DNA of 63,737 nucleotides, filler included, from Stramenopiles sp. TOSAG23-2 (Eukaryota): the NCBI GenBank assembly GCA_900128395.1. It is 19 parts of 19 records of this genome, joined end to end, with 100 filler letters (N's around TTAATTAATTAA, not from the genome) between each part and the next. Parts side by side here need not be neighbours in the genome. Positions count along the whole stretch, not along the records: positions 33,666 to 36,925 come from LT651291.1; positions 37,026 to 40,283 come from LT651292.1; positions 40,384 to 43,636 come from LT651293.1; positions 43,737 to 46,989 come from LT651294.1; 15 more parts are not named here. The stretch is one strand, 5' to 3'. The position numbers were made by a program, and so were the translations under genes. Shown here one piece after another: positions 34,040-44,733 of this stretch. A model generated the notes under the pieces. It was given only the letters and a program-made list of their open reading frames with translations, made no database searches and was not told the DNA's origin. The first letter of the stretch is position 1, and each line of letters starts with the position of its first letter.

Positions 34040-35731
34040 ATGGCAAGTTTATTAAATGAGGATGATAAAAAAGTTTCTTCAGGTACAAATACCTTGTCAA
34101 TCACAATACCATCAACTGGTAGTAAGTCTAAAAATGCATCTAATGTTAACTTTTTTTATCGTATGGTGTTCCCAATGAAATATACGTATTATACTATACA
34201 AATTAGCATTTCAGGACCGAATAGCAAGACATTTACTGTCGACAGACGTTACAGTGAATTTTACATCCTACATAGGCTGCTAAGGCGAAAGTTTTCAATG
34301 GTAAAAACACTGGCATTTCCAAGCAAAAAGTTTTTTGTATGGTCCAACTTGAGCAAAGCAACAGTTGAAGAAAGACGAGCAGCTTTTATTACATACCTGG
34401 AACGGTTGGTTCAATTGCATCCAAGACCATTTGATTTAAATCGCTTCTTATCATTATCGGATTACATGCCAAACAGCAGATACAACACTTCTAACAGAGG
34501 CGAAGTTGGGTCAAAAAAATATGGCATTGAAGACTTTGAATTAATGCGTGTACTTGGTAAAGGTTCATTTGGCAAAGTGTTTTTAGTAAGACTTTTGGAA
34601 ACCAAGCAGGTTTATGCAATGAAAGTTTTAAAGAAAAGTGAAGTAACAAGGCGGAAACAAGTTGTACATACGAAAACAGAGCGTAGAATCATGGGTGCCA
34701 CGGATCACCCGTTTATTGTTACTTTACGATTTGCATTTCAAAGCGACGAGAAGCTTTACATGGTTACTGATTATTGTCGCGGTGGCGAGCTTTTTTTCCA
34801 TTTAAAGCGTATGAAAGTATTTTCGGAAGATCAAGTTCGTTTATATAGTGCTGAAATTGCATGTGGGTTATCTCATTTACATTCCCATAAAATTGTTTAT
34901 CGTGATTTAAAACCGGAAAATGTTTTATTAGACCACGAAGGCCACGTTCGTATCACTGATTTTGGTTTGTCTCGTGACGATATGGAAGATCAAGAGCATG
35001 GTGCAATGACCTTTTGTGGCACACCAGAGTATTTATCTCCAGAAATGATTTATCATCGCAAGACCCGTGAGGGTTATGGTGCTAGTGTTGATTGGTGGAG
35101 TTTAGGCACGCTGATGTATGAAATGTTTACTGGATGGCCACCATTTTATGACAAGAACATTCGTACAATGATGCAAAAAATTTTGCATGCGCCATTGACG
35201 TTTAATCCAAAATACAAAATCAGTGCAGATGCACAAAGTTGCATTTCTGGTTTGTTAGCAAGGGATTTAAATGATCGTTTATGTGCAAATGGCAATCATG
35301 ATCAGATCAAACAACATTCATTTTTTAAATCTATCGATTGGGACAAGTTATACAGGCGTGAGATCAAACCGCCATTTATACCAAAAGTAAAAGGCGAAGC
35401 GGACATTACAAATTTCGATCGTGGATTTACAAGAATGGCAGCAAAATTGACACCAGAAAACAGCAAAGGCAAACTAGGTAAAACTGATTTGCCGAATTTC
35501 GAAGATTTTACATTCGCAGAATCAAGCGACTTAGCAAATGCTGAGAATGAAGATGCCATGATAGATATGTTTGTGAAACAAAATGAGGATGAAGATAAAC
35601 GAATTGAGGAGAAACGCAAACAAGAAGATGATGAATTGGAGCAACGAAAGAAAGAAACGATAGAGGCGTTGACTGAAGTTCGAAAAAAATCGTCTAATAC
35701 AGGAAAAGTTGGAGACGATTCATCAGAATAA
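34040..35731 (+). CDS. PX-domain AGC Ser/Thr kinase (SGK3/AKT-like)
   Basis: PX (RRYSEF..L..FPSK..ERR); kinase GKGSFGKV, YRDLKPEN, DFG, TFCGTPEY; AGC tail PPFIP..NFD..FEDFTF. Confidence 0.93.
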   Translation: MASLLNEDDKKVSSGTNTLSITIPSTGSKSKNASNVNFFYRMVFPMKYTYYTIQISISGPNSKTFTVDRRYSEFYILHRLLRRKFSMVKTLAFPSKKFFVWSNLSKATVEERRAAFITYLERLVQLHPRPFDLNRFLSLSDYMPNSRYNTSNRGEVGSKKYGIEDFELMRVLGKGSFGKVFLVRLLETKQVYAMKVLKKSEVTRRKQVVHTKTERRIMGATDHPFIVTLRFAFQSDEKLYMVTDYCRGGELFFHLKRMKVFSEDQVRLYSAEIACGLSHLHSHKIVYRDLKPENVLLDHEGHVRITDFGLSRDDMEDQEHGAMTFCGTPEYLSPEMIYHRKTREGYGASVDWWSLGTLMYEMFTGWPPFYDKNIRTMMQKILHAPLTFNPKYKISADAQSCISGLLARDLNDRLCANGNHDQIKQHSFFKSIDWDKLYRREIKPPFIPKVKGEADITNFDRGFTRMAAKLTPENSKGKLGKTDLPNFEDFTFAESSDLANAENEDAMIDMFVKQNEDEDKRIEEKRKQEDDELEQRKKETIEALTEVRKKSSNTGKVGDDSSE

Positions 35732-36060
35732 TTTGCTCTGTTAAAACATACATATGTACGTACATATACTCTGATGGGAGATGAAAAAGTGAGTTTGTGT
35801 TTTTGGCACTTTGTGCCCAGGTCAACAACAAATCAAGTGTCGTCTGAAGTCTGTGAAGTACGATACTTAAGGTTTTGTCATCGATTTGTGTGATTTAGAT
35901 TGTGTGATTTGTACACCTCTTTTAGGATAAAGCACTTAATTTTATTTATATCCGATTTAATCCAACAACTTTTCCTATAATAGGAGCACTTACCACTTAC
36001 ATTACAGTACCAGCTTACTGGATTACCAGATTACCTAATAAAAATTAAAATATACCAAAA

Positions 36061-36368
36061 ATGAAAACTTACATCAAAATCCTCAACCTCGTGAAAGTTT
36101 CAGCTCAGAGAACAATTAAAGATATTCGAGGTAAAAATATATACAAACTCATATATACTGGCAATACTGTATGTATTGTAGTTTTTTGTTGAAGTTACTA
36201 ATACAGTGCCAACCTCCCGTTCGATGGGCGTCTGATGAAAATGTTGGTGGTGGGCGTGTGTACGGCGAATACAACAAAGGACCATACAAAGCAGGTGCTG
36301 AATATAATTGGGATGAAGAAGAAGAAAATGTTGGCGGTCGTGGTTATGGTAAACCTCAATTCCGATAA
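36061..36368 (+). CDS. Putative small spliced gene encoding a repeated ENVGG peptide; exon structure uncertain
   Basis: Exon 36207..36368 preceded by TACTAATACAG acceptor; in-frame with ATG 36061 if 36169..36206 (GTATGT...CAG, 38 nt) is an intron. Confidence 0.35.
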
Positions 36369-37194
36369 TATTTTGAAGCAGGCGGATGGCGTTTGTAACC
36401 TGACACCTGACACGATCTTTTCTTTTTTGCCAAGTGGCGTCCAGCCCAGCGTCAGGAGAATTGTCAATCTACTTCACCAAATTTGGGCGAGGAATCTACT
36501 GAACTTGAATCTATGGAATATTAAAGTAATATAAATCTGGTAGTTCAAAATTTGGTAAAATGTAGGAAATCAAATGTGCAGATCATATGTTTACCTTAAA
36601 TATAACTATATAATATACTTTATATTTAAGGATTATAATATTACATGTATTTTGAGAACCTGCACCTTTTAGGTGCAGGTTAAGGTGCATGACGCCGCAC
36701 ACAGCAGCTAAAATCCTATATTGAAATCAAATACAAATATTTCACATATTTTTCAATTAGGTATATATAGGTCATTTACACTAATCACTATTAAATTTAT
36801 CCGCCAAATGTATTAGACGTATTTTTCTTCAAATATAATACCAGTATTAGCAACATTACATTTATTATAGATTTAATTTACGCATAATTTATTTTTAATT
36901 TACTCATGATAATTCCTACTCTTCANNNNNNNNNNNNNNNNNNNNNNNNNNNNNNNNNNNNNNNNNNNNTTAATTAATTAANNNNNNNNNNNNNNNNNNN
37001 NNNNNNNNNNNNNNNNNNNNNNNNNCCCCCCCCCCCTTTTTACCCATCTATCTATCTATATTTAATAAATATAATAAATCATTTAAATACAATAATTAGA
37101 TAAATAAATAATATTTTTTTCTTTTTGTAATCCATTTGAATTTATATATATAAAAAAAATATCATATATATATATATACATAAATTCATTAAGA

Positions 37195-38404
37195 ATGAAT
37201 CATCAGAAACAATTATCTATATTCAACAATACGATAGTAATGATATGTATCTCATTATTGTATATTTTTTTCATGGAAATAAACAATGTGACTGCTACTA
37301 CGTTTCCTATTTATTGGAATGCAGATGAATCAGTGAATCCACCAGTTGATGTTACAAAATATGGATTTGTATCGCGTAGTCAAACACAAGTTGGTAATAG
37401 TTGTTCGAATCCAGGTTGCAAATCATGGAAACAAGGCTTATTTCCAAGTATTGGTGAAAATGGCGAGATTGTAAATGGTGGGGTGCCACAAGCTGCTGAT
37501 TTAAATAAACATTTGCAAATTATCGAAGAGACTTTGCCATTATGGAGTAAGTATATCCCTGCTCACACACACACACACACACACTATAATCACATTCATA
37601 ACAACATTAACCATTAAAAATAATTAATAATATGCATCATATATATATATATATATCATCACAGTACCCGATATCAATTGGAAAGGCAATGCAGTATTAG
37701 ATTTTGAAAGTTGGACGACAGTATGGGATTTAAATATTGGTGAAGGAACTTGGCATAGTAAAATATATCAAAATTATTCAATACAATTAATGAAGAAACA
37801 ATATCCAACATTAAATGAAACAGAAATATATACAAAAGCAAAAAATGCATTTGAAGTTGCTGCAAATACATTTTTTGTAGAAACATTAAAACATTGTAAA
37901 AAGATACGACCAAATGCAAATTGGGGATTTTATGGTTTACCAATCAACAGTGCAAGTTGTATTGGTACAGGTGGAAATATTAAATGTGGATATGATGTTC
38001 CTGTTGTTGGGGATGTATTAAAACAATATGCGATGCAACAAATGGATATATGGAAAGCAAGTGATATTTTATATCCAAGTATATATGTACCAACTAATTT
38101 TAAAGATGGTGATGGAAAAGCATATATTGTATCAACTGTCAATGAAACATTACGTTTAGCAAAGGCAGCAACTGTTGATAAGAATCATCCAAAACCTGTC
38201 TTGCCATATGCATGGCATTATTACCATGATGGTGCAAATGTATTGGATGATGCGATGATGAAAGCAAGTTTGGAAATACCATGTGAACTAGGTGCAAATG
38301 GTGTAGTGATGTGGGGAAGTACAAAACAAGTCACTAATAACACATATTGGAAATGGTTTACAGAAGATGCTGGACCATTTACCAAAAGTTTTCAATGTGA
38401 TTGA
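37195..38404 (+). CDS. Secreted hyaluronidase-like glycoside hydrolase family 56; join(37195..37546,37665..38404)
   Basis: Signal peptide; FPIYWN, GLFP, VNGGVPQ; catalytic AVLDFESW restored by a 118-nt GTAAGT...CAG intron; RPNANWGFYGLP, LYPSIY, GANGVVMWGS. Confidence 0.9.
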
Positions 38405-38920
38405 TTGAATTGATTGTGTGGGGTTAAAATGCGAGGTGGAATTGTCCGGTGCGAATTTTTGTGTGGGTGCGCCACGGTTCTTTGTATAAAATAATGTTTT
38501 ACGAATAATCGTTTTAAATTTAAATTATCTCTGAGCGTCGTCTTTTCATTTTTCTTAAAAGACCAAACGCACATTATTTTACTTTTTTACTGTGGACTTG
38601 AAAGTGTTGTTCCAGGTGATTCGGAAAGTTATATAAAGTGTTGGTCTTTATTAAAATATTTATTAAAATACTGTAATATAACATAATAATGAATGATGAT
38701 AATATATATATATATATATATATATATTGAGATGTATAACAGATATATATATTACATGTACCAGGAGTAAAGTAGTAGTAGTAATTATATTTATATATTT
38801 ATATTTATTTCAACCATTGATTGATTCTCTTCTTATATAGCCCCCCCCGTCTCTTTCCCCCATACAAAACATATATATAAAACAATATATATATATATAG
38901 CTTTCAATATTACAATAAGA

Positions 38921-39958
38921 ATGGCAACGAATGCATTACCACCATTCAGTTTCAAAGCAAATAAATATGATCAATCCGTGTTATCTGGACGTATACAACA
39001 TTTTTATGAAGTAACAAGTCCATTTACTTTATTTACATCAAGTGAAACGTTGAAAAATAGTGTATCGATATTAAATAAATTCAAAAAAAATACTTTATTA
39101 GAAGAGAAAAAATATATGGATATGAAAAAAAACGATCCACTCGGTTTTAATAAAATGTTATGGGATGCAAGAAGTATTAAAGAAAGTATATTGCATCCAG
39201 ATACAAATGAACCTATATTCATGCCTTTTCGTTTTTCCTTTTTTGCACCGGCACAATTTATTATTATACCACTTGTTATAGCACCATCGACGATAGCAAG
39301 TCCTTTCCGTACAACAATAATGCATTGGGCAAATCAAAGTTACAACGCTGGTTGTAATTACGCAAATCGTAATATTAGCAGCCCAACCAGTATGCGAACA
39401 CTTGCAGAAGGTTATACAGGCGCCGTTGCTAGTTCTGTGATCCTTGCATTGGGTGCAACTGCTGTTGTCAATAAAGCAGGTGCATTGCCAAAATTATTAC
39501 AATCTACCTTTCGTATTGGTTTTCCATTTTTAGCATGTGCAGTTGCTGGTTGTACCAATTTAATTTTAGTACGTAAAGAAGAATTATCAGATGGTATACA
39601 ATTGTTTGATGAAAATGATAATGAACTTGGTAAATCCGTATTAGCAGCCAAAAATGCATTAGGTAAATGTTGTGCTGCACGTTTTGCATGGAATGCTCCA
39701 GTAATGATTGGCGTTCCATTAATGTTAGCTGGTTTGCAACATACATTACCAATATTATTTAAATCAACAAAAATTGGTATGGCAACGACGGTTGTTGTCA
39801 GTGGATTAACATGCATGGTTGCTGTACCACCTGCATTGGCATTGTTTCCACAATACGATTCCATGGATGTAAATGATGTAGAACCTGAATTTCAGAATAT
39901 GACTATAGATGGTCAAACAACTACTATTAAACGTGTTTATTTTAATAAAGGATTGTAA
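38921..39958 (+). CDS. SFXN: Sideroflexin (mitochondrial tricarboxylate/serine carrier)
   Basis: YDQS..GR..HF, HPDTNE.IF.PFR.S, WANQSYNA..NYANRN, LALFPQ, YFNKGL C-terminus. Confidence 0.95.
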   Translation: MATNALPPFSFKANKYDQSVLSGRIQHFYEVTSPFTLFTSSETLKNSVSILNKFKKNTLLEEKKYMDMKKNDPLGFNKMLWDARSIKESILHPDTNEPIFMPFRFSFFAPAQFIIIPLVIAPSTIASPFRTTIMHWANQSYNAGCNYANRNISSPTSMRTLAEGYTGAVASSVILALGATAVVNKAGALPKLLQSTFRIGFPFLACAVAGCTNLILVRKEELSDGIQLFDENDNELGKSVLAAKNALGKCCAARFAWNAPVMIGVPLMLAGLQHTLPILFKSTKIGMATTVVVSGLTCMVAVPPALALFPQYDSMDVNDVEPEFQNMTIDGQTTTIKRVYFNKGL

Positions 39959-40755
39959 AAAATATATATATATTATATTTTCAAACGGGAACAACTATTC
40001 TAAAGTAAAATTGTGTGTGCGATTGAAAGGTGTGATGGAACAAAAAAGAACAAAAATAATTTATAAAAAATTATGTAGAAATGTCTCTCTTTTGTATTTT
40101 TTTAATTCAAAAATATATACTTTTACATTTTTGTGTCTTGTACGTATATTTTTCAATTCTAATTTTCTCCTCCTCGCGACGAGTAAAAACCTTTTTTTCG
40201 TTTTCCTTCCTTTTTAAATGTTTTTTAATTGATTGAAATATAAACAAATACACATAGTGTGTGTGTGTGTGTGTAAAAATCATNNNNNNNNNNNNNNNNN
40301 NNNNNNNNNNNNNNNNNNNNNNNNNNNTTAATTAATTAANNNNNNNNNNNNNNNNNNNNNNNNNNNNNNNNNNNNNNNNNNNNTAATATATTTTTAAAAA
40401 AGTATGACGGATTCCAGAAATTTTTCCTTATGTAAGAAAATATATATACCGATAGATGATACTGTATATATATATATCTTATATATTTACCTAATAGACC
40501 GAACCATTTACCTAATAGACCGAACATAAGAAAATGATATAGAGGAGATATAAACAAAGTAAACAATCAAAATTATAAATTTTTTCGATCACGTATTATT
40601 TAAAGAACGGTATTACATATTGCTTTTTGAAAAAAAAACAAACATTGGTTATTAACAACAAGTATATATATATACTATATATATATTTATTTTTGTTGTG
40701 ATTGATTTGATATATATTTTAAATTGGACTAAGTTACATTTAATTGTTAATAATA

Positions 40756-41931
40756 ATGTGTGGTAGAAGCAAACAAGCAAATGTCGTTTCAAGATTAAAA
40801 CGTGCTAAACAACAACAACAACAAAATAATACATCAACGAAATCATCTTCTTCCGCGGCGTCTTCCAAAGATTTGAACAAGTCAAAGATGAATAATAATA
40901 ACAATAGTACTAATCACAAACAATCATCTTTTGATATGTTTGTAAATGAGTTTATACCTTCAGAACAAATGAATTCACCATCGTCTGACAATATCAAAGA
41001 TTATGAAAAGTATAAACATTTACATAATACTGGTCCTGGTCATTATCAATTAATATTGAAATCTGATATGCCACCAACAACAGATGCAATCAAAAAGACA
41101 ACATGGAGTCTCAGTAGTAGTCGATGGGGATTAATACCTTCCTACACAAAGTCACCAATATCAAGGGAAGATTCAAATCCATATCGTTTTCATAATGCAC
41201 GGCTTGATGGAATCAATGGAAGGGGAACAACAACAAAGCAAACTTTTATGCGATTATTAGAGAAAGGCAATCGTTGTATAATATTTGTCGATGGTTTCTA
41301 TGAATGGAAACAATTAAGTAATAAGAAGAAACAACCTTATTATATTTATCATAAAAATAAAGAAGAACCATTAATGTTGGCCGGATTATGGGACGTATGG
41401 AAAGATAAATCGATAAATGATGATGGAATTACATCATCAATAACATCGCATATAATTTTAACAATGGATTCATCTTCAAATTTATCAACCATTCATCATC
41501 GAATGCCAGTCTTATTAACGCCAGAATCTGCATCAATATGGTTAAATGATCCAAATGCACATAATGCAGTAACGGAAATACGTGTACAAGGTGCAAAAGC
41601 AGCATTGAAATTGTTCCAATGCCATCCAGTAACAAATAAAGTAAGCAAATCAACATATCAAAAATCAGATTGTTCAATTCATATCGATCAAAATTCTAGT
41701 AGTATTATGAATTTTTTTGGTGGTAGTACTAGTAAGAAGAAGAAGAAGAAAACAACAACAACAACAAAGAAGAACGTGATGCATCATAAACGAAAATTAA
41801 TGAATAATAATTTGAATGCCTCATCTACATCGTCTAATAGTAATATGAAAAAAGTGAAAAAGCAATCTAAATCACCATCAGAATTAACAAAAGGTCAAAT
41901 GTCAATGAAAATGTTTTTCATGAAGAAATAA
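40756..41931 (+). CDS. HMCES: Abasic-site processing protein HMCES/YedK (SRAP domain)
   Basis: N-terminal MCGR (true start 40756), RWGLIP, NARLD, RCII..DGFYEW, AGLWD.W, IHHRMPVLL. Confidence 0.93.
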   Translation: MCGRSKQANVVSRLKRAKQQQQQNNTSTKSSSSAASSKDLNKSKMNNNNNSTNHKQSSFDMFVNEFIPSEQMNSPSSDNIKDYEKYKHLHNTGPGHYQLILKSDMPPTTDAIKKTTWSLSSSRWGLIPSYTKSPISREDSNPYRFHNARLDGINGRGTTTKQTFMRLLEKGNRCIIFVDGFYEWKQLSNKKKQPYYIYHKNKEEPLMLAGLWDVWKDKSINDDGITSSITSHIILTMDSSSNLSTIHHRMPVLLTPESASIWLNDPNAHNAVTEIRVQGAKAALKLFQCHPVTNKVSKSTYQKSDCSIHIDQNSSSIMNFFGGSTSKKKKKKTTTTTKKNVMHHKRKLMNNNLNASSTSSNSNMKKVKKQSKSPSELTKGQMSMKMFFMKK

Positions 41932-42309
41932 AAAAAACCACGGTGGGTGCGAGATCGTGTTTTACATCTAGTGTGTGTATGTGTGTGTGTGTGTGTGTAA
42001 TATATGTGCATATATACCCCTTCGTCTCTGTTCAATTTGATCTCGCCCTTTTCCCCAATCCCGTGCCAATTGTCTACACCACCCTCAAGTTTTATTTCTC
42101 TCTTTTCTGATTAAAAAAAATGCATCAAATAAACCTACCTGGTAAACCCGAATTGTTCAACACAGAAACATATAAACATCCGATTTAGATTGATATAAAT
42201 ATATATATACAATATACAATAGAAATAATACACATCGCATATATTGTCACATATATATATATATATATACATATAATAAATATTATTAATCACATTAAAA
42301 GCAATAAAT

Positions 42310-43503
42310 ATGATGAAGGTGGAACAACAAAACAATACCACAAATGTATATGCATTCGAACATGATATGGACGAAGAAATGGAAAGAGGTGATAGTGAAT
42401 CACAAACAACAACAAGACAAGAATTACCAAAATCTTTGGAGAAAGTCTTATCATGGCAAGCAATTCGCATGAATAAACTACTATTTTTTCTACTGATGAT
42501 AAGTTTTAACTTCTATCCAAGCACTATGCTCATAAGCCTTTTATTAAGCAACATATATGTCGGTATAGCATTTGGGTTATTTTGTGTACTTGTGATGCCC
42601 CCTTTGACATTTACATCACCAGATTGGGGTAAAGGTATTTTTAGGAAAATGATATTAAAAGAAGTGAAAATGTTTGAAGATGCGGTGAAAAAAGGGAAAG
42701 CTGCCATGGTATTTACAATGCCAATAATGATGATAGTATGTGGTTCAGTTCCGATAGCCACACTGGCTAATCCATCTAGCTCTAATTATACTTTATTTGG
42801 GCCATACACATACATCATGATTTATATCATGTTGAGTGCAATGGCATTAAGTATGTTTATCATGCCTCGAGCATTTTTATTGCAACAACCGATGGAAAAT
42901 TACATTGCCAAATCTTGGAACATTGAAATTAAAAAATATATTGAAAAAATTGAAGTGATACTTTTAACATATAATATGGAAAATGGCAAAACAAAAGATG
43001 ATACTTTAAAAGCAATTAGCGTGGAGCAAAAAAAAGTTGAAAATTGGGCAATACAAGTGAATACTGGAGTATCTGCTAATAACGGGTTTAAAGCTATTAT
43101 GTATCTAGGACAACCCACTCTTTTCATTGTCTTTGCTGCAGTATTACAAATGAATAATGCAGACGGAGCCAATAGTTTGAAGATCATTGTACTTGTTGTA
43201 ATGGGTTTTCTAATGATGCTCTTTTTCATTAGCTTTTTGTCTGCATTGACACAACCAAATAAAATATGGAATAGACTTGTCAAAAAATCTTTAAATGATT
43301 CGTGTATTCAATATAAAATTGTGGAATGTTTTGATACTAGATTTGATCTATGGTTAAATAATCATGAATTAAATGCACAACGTGCTTTTGGTTTTAAAAT
43401 CACCAACCTGGTCTTGACCCGTACAGCTAGTTTAATTGGATCCGCATTTACAATTATTATTTATTTAATTATGCGTGAGGAATTAAAAGTAATGATGATG
43501 TAA
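42310..43503 (+). CDS. Multi-pass membrane protein, candidate gustatory-receptor-like (7TMIC) fold
   Basis: About 7 hydrophobic helices, long soluble helical loop after TM4, terminal AFGFKIT...LIGSAFTIIIYLI; family call tentative. Confidence 0.6.
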   Translation: MMKVEQQNNTTNVYAFEHDMDEEMERGDSESQTTTRQELPKSLEKVLSWQAIRMNKLLFFLLMISFNFYPSTMLISLLLSNIYVGIAFGLFCVLVMPPLTFTSPDWGKGIFRKMILKEVKMFEDAVKKGKAAMVFTMPIMMIVCGSVPIATLANPSSSNYTLFGPYTYIMIYIMLSAMALSMFIMPRAFLLQQPMENYIAKSWNIEIKKYIEKIEVILLTYNMENGKTKDDTLKAISVEQKKVENWAIQVNTGVSANNGFKAIMYLGQPTLFIVFAAVLQMNNADGANSLKIIVLVVMGFLMMLFFISFLSALTQPNKIWNRLVKKSLNDSCIQYKIVECFDTRFDLWLNNHELNAQRAFGFKITNLVLTRTASLIGSAFTIIIYLIMREELKVMMM

Positions 43504-43736
43504 AGTAATAATTAAAAAAGCGAATCTATACAAAAGATTTATTGTGTCTCAAGAAGTACTAAAACATAATTTTTAAAACACAAAAGAGAGCAGATTTTCG
43601 TGCTGGATGTGTGAATTTTCTTAAAATGTTTTACCANNNNNNNNNNNNNNNNNNNNNNNNNNNNNNNNNNNNNNNNNNNNTTAATTAATTAANNNNNNNN
43701 NNNNNNNNNNNNNNNNNNNNNNNNNNNNNNNNNNNN

Positions 43737-44014
43737 ATAATAATATTACTGATGTACAAAGTATTGGTGAAGGATTAAAAACAAACAATACATTGACATA
43801 CTTGGGCCTATCTAATAATGATATTACTGATGATAGTGGAATACAAAGTATTATTGATGGATTAAAAACAAACAATACATTAATGTCATTGTGGCTATAT
43901 AATAATCGAAGACTTAGTGATAATATGAGATCACAATTAAGAGCTATAGAACAATATAAAAAAGATGGATCAAACGGGTATCAACAAGTGGAAGGGATGG
44001 ATATATGGACATAA
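43737..44014 (+). CDS. 3' end of a leucine-rich-repeat (RI/NLRC3-like) protein
   Basis: NNITDVQSIGEGLKTNNTLTYLGLSNN followed by a near-copy QSIIDGLKTNNTLMSLWLYNN. Confidence 0.85.
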
Positions 44015-44451
44015 TAATTAATATTTTATATTTATATACTACCAACTACAATACCCCTATATATATCCACTTTTCCACACCTCTATATATATAATATCGA
44101 TCGATAAAAGTAAAAGAGTGCAAATAATTAAATATAATATACGTTTTTTTTCATACTGGAAAATACAAAAGTTTTTTACACACTATAAACGGACCGTGTG
44201 TATGATATCAATATTTAATGTGTGTTATATGTCGTCACTATATGCGCGCTCACATTTACTTTTAGACGCACGCTCAACACATTTTAATAAAATATATACC
44301 CTTTCTCCTCTTCCCTCTTTTTATATTTTTTACGACAAAAACATTTTTCTCTCCAAACGAACCTTCGTTCTGTTTTACTTTTTTCCCCAACAACAACTTT
44401 TCTCAAAAATAATTGTAAAATATTAATATTTTCAAATATATATATATATAA

Positions 44452-44733
44452 AACTACGAATCATCAACAACAGTTCTTGGACTTTCACGTGGAATTTTTT
44501 TAAAACCTTTTCCTGCGCCAGACCATAATTTCGCAGCAGCTTGAATGAATGCAGCAAATGGTGGAGATGGACTTTGTGGTCTTGTTTTAAATAACTACGA
44601 ATCATCAACAACAGTTCTTGGACTTTCACGTGGAATTTTTTTAAAACCTTTTCCTGCGCCAGACCATAATTTCGCAGCAGCTTGAATGAATGCAGCAAAT
44701 GGTGGAGATGGACTTTGTGGTCTTGTTTTAAAT
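44452..44733. repeat. Exact 141-bp tandem duplication of the CTP synthase 3' end including the stop codon
   Basis: 44452..44592 = 44593..44733. Confidence 0.93.

Noticed and set aside
40485-40525. Two copies of ATTTACCTAATAGACCGAAC (period 21), CRISPR-like at a glance
   Set aside because: Adjacent tandem duplication without a spacer; eukaryotic context with no cas genes
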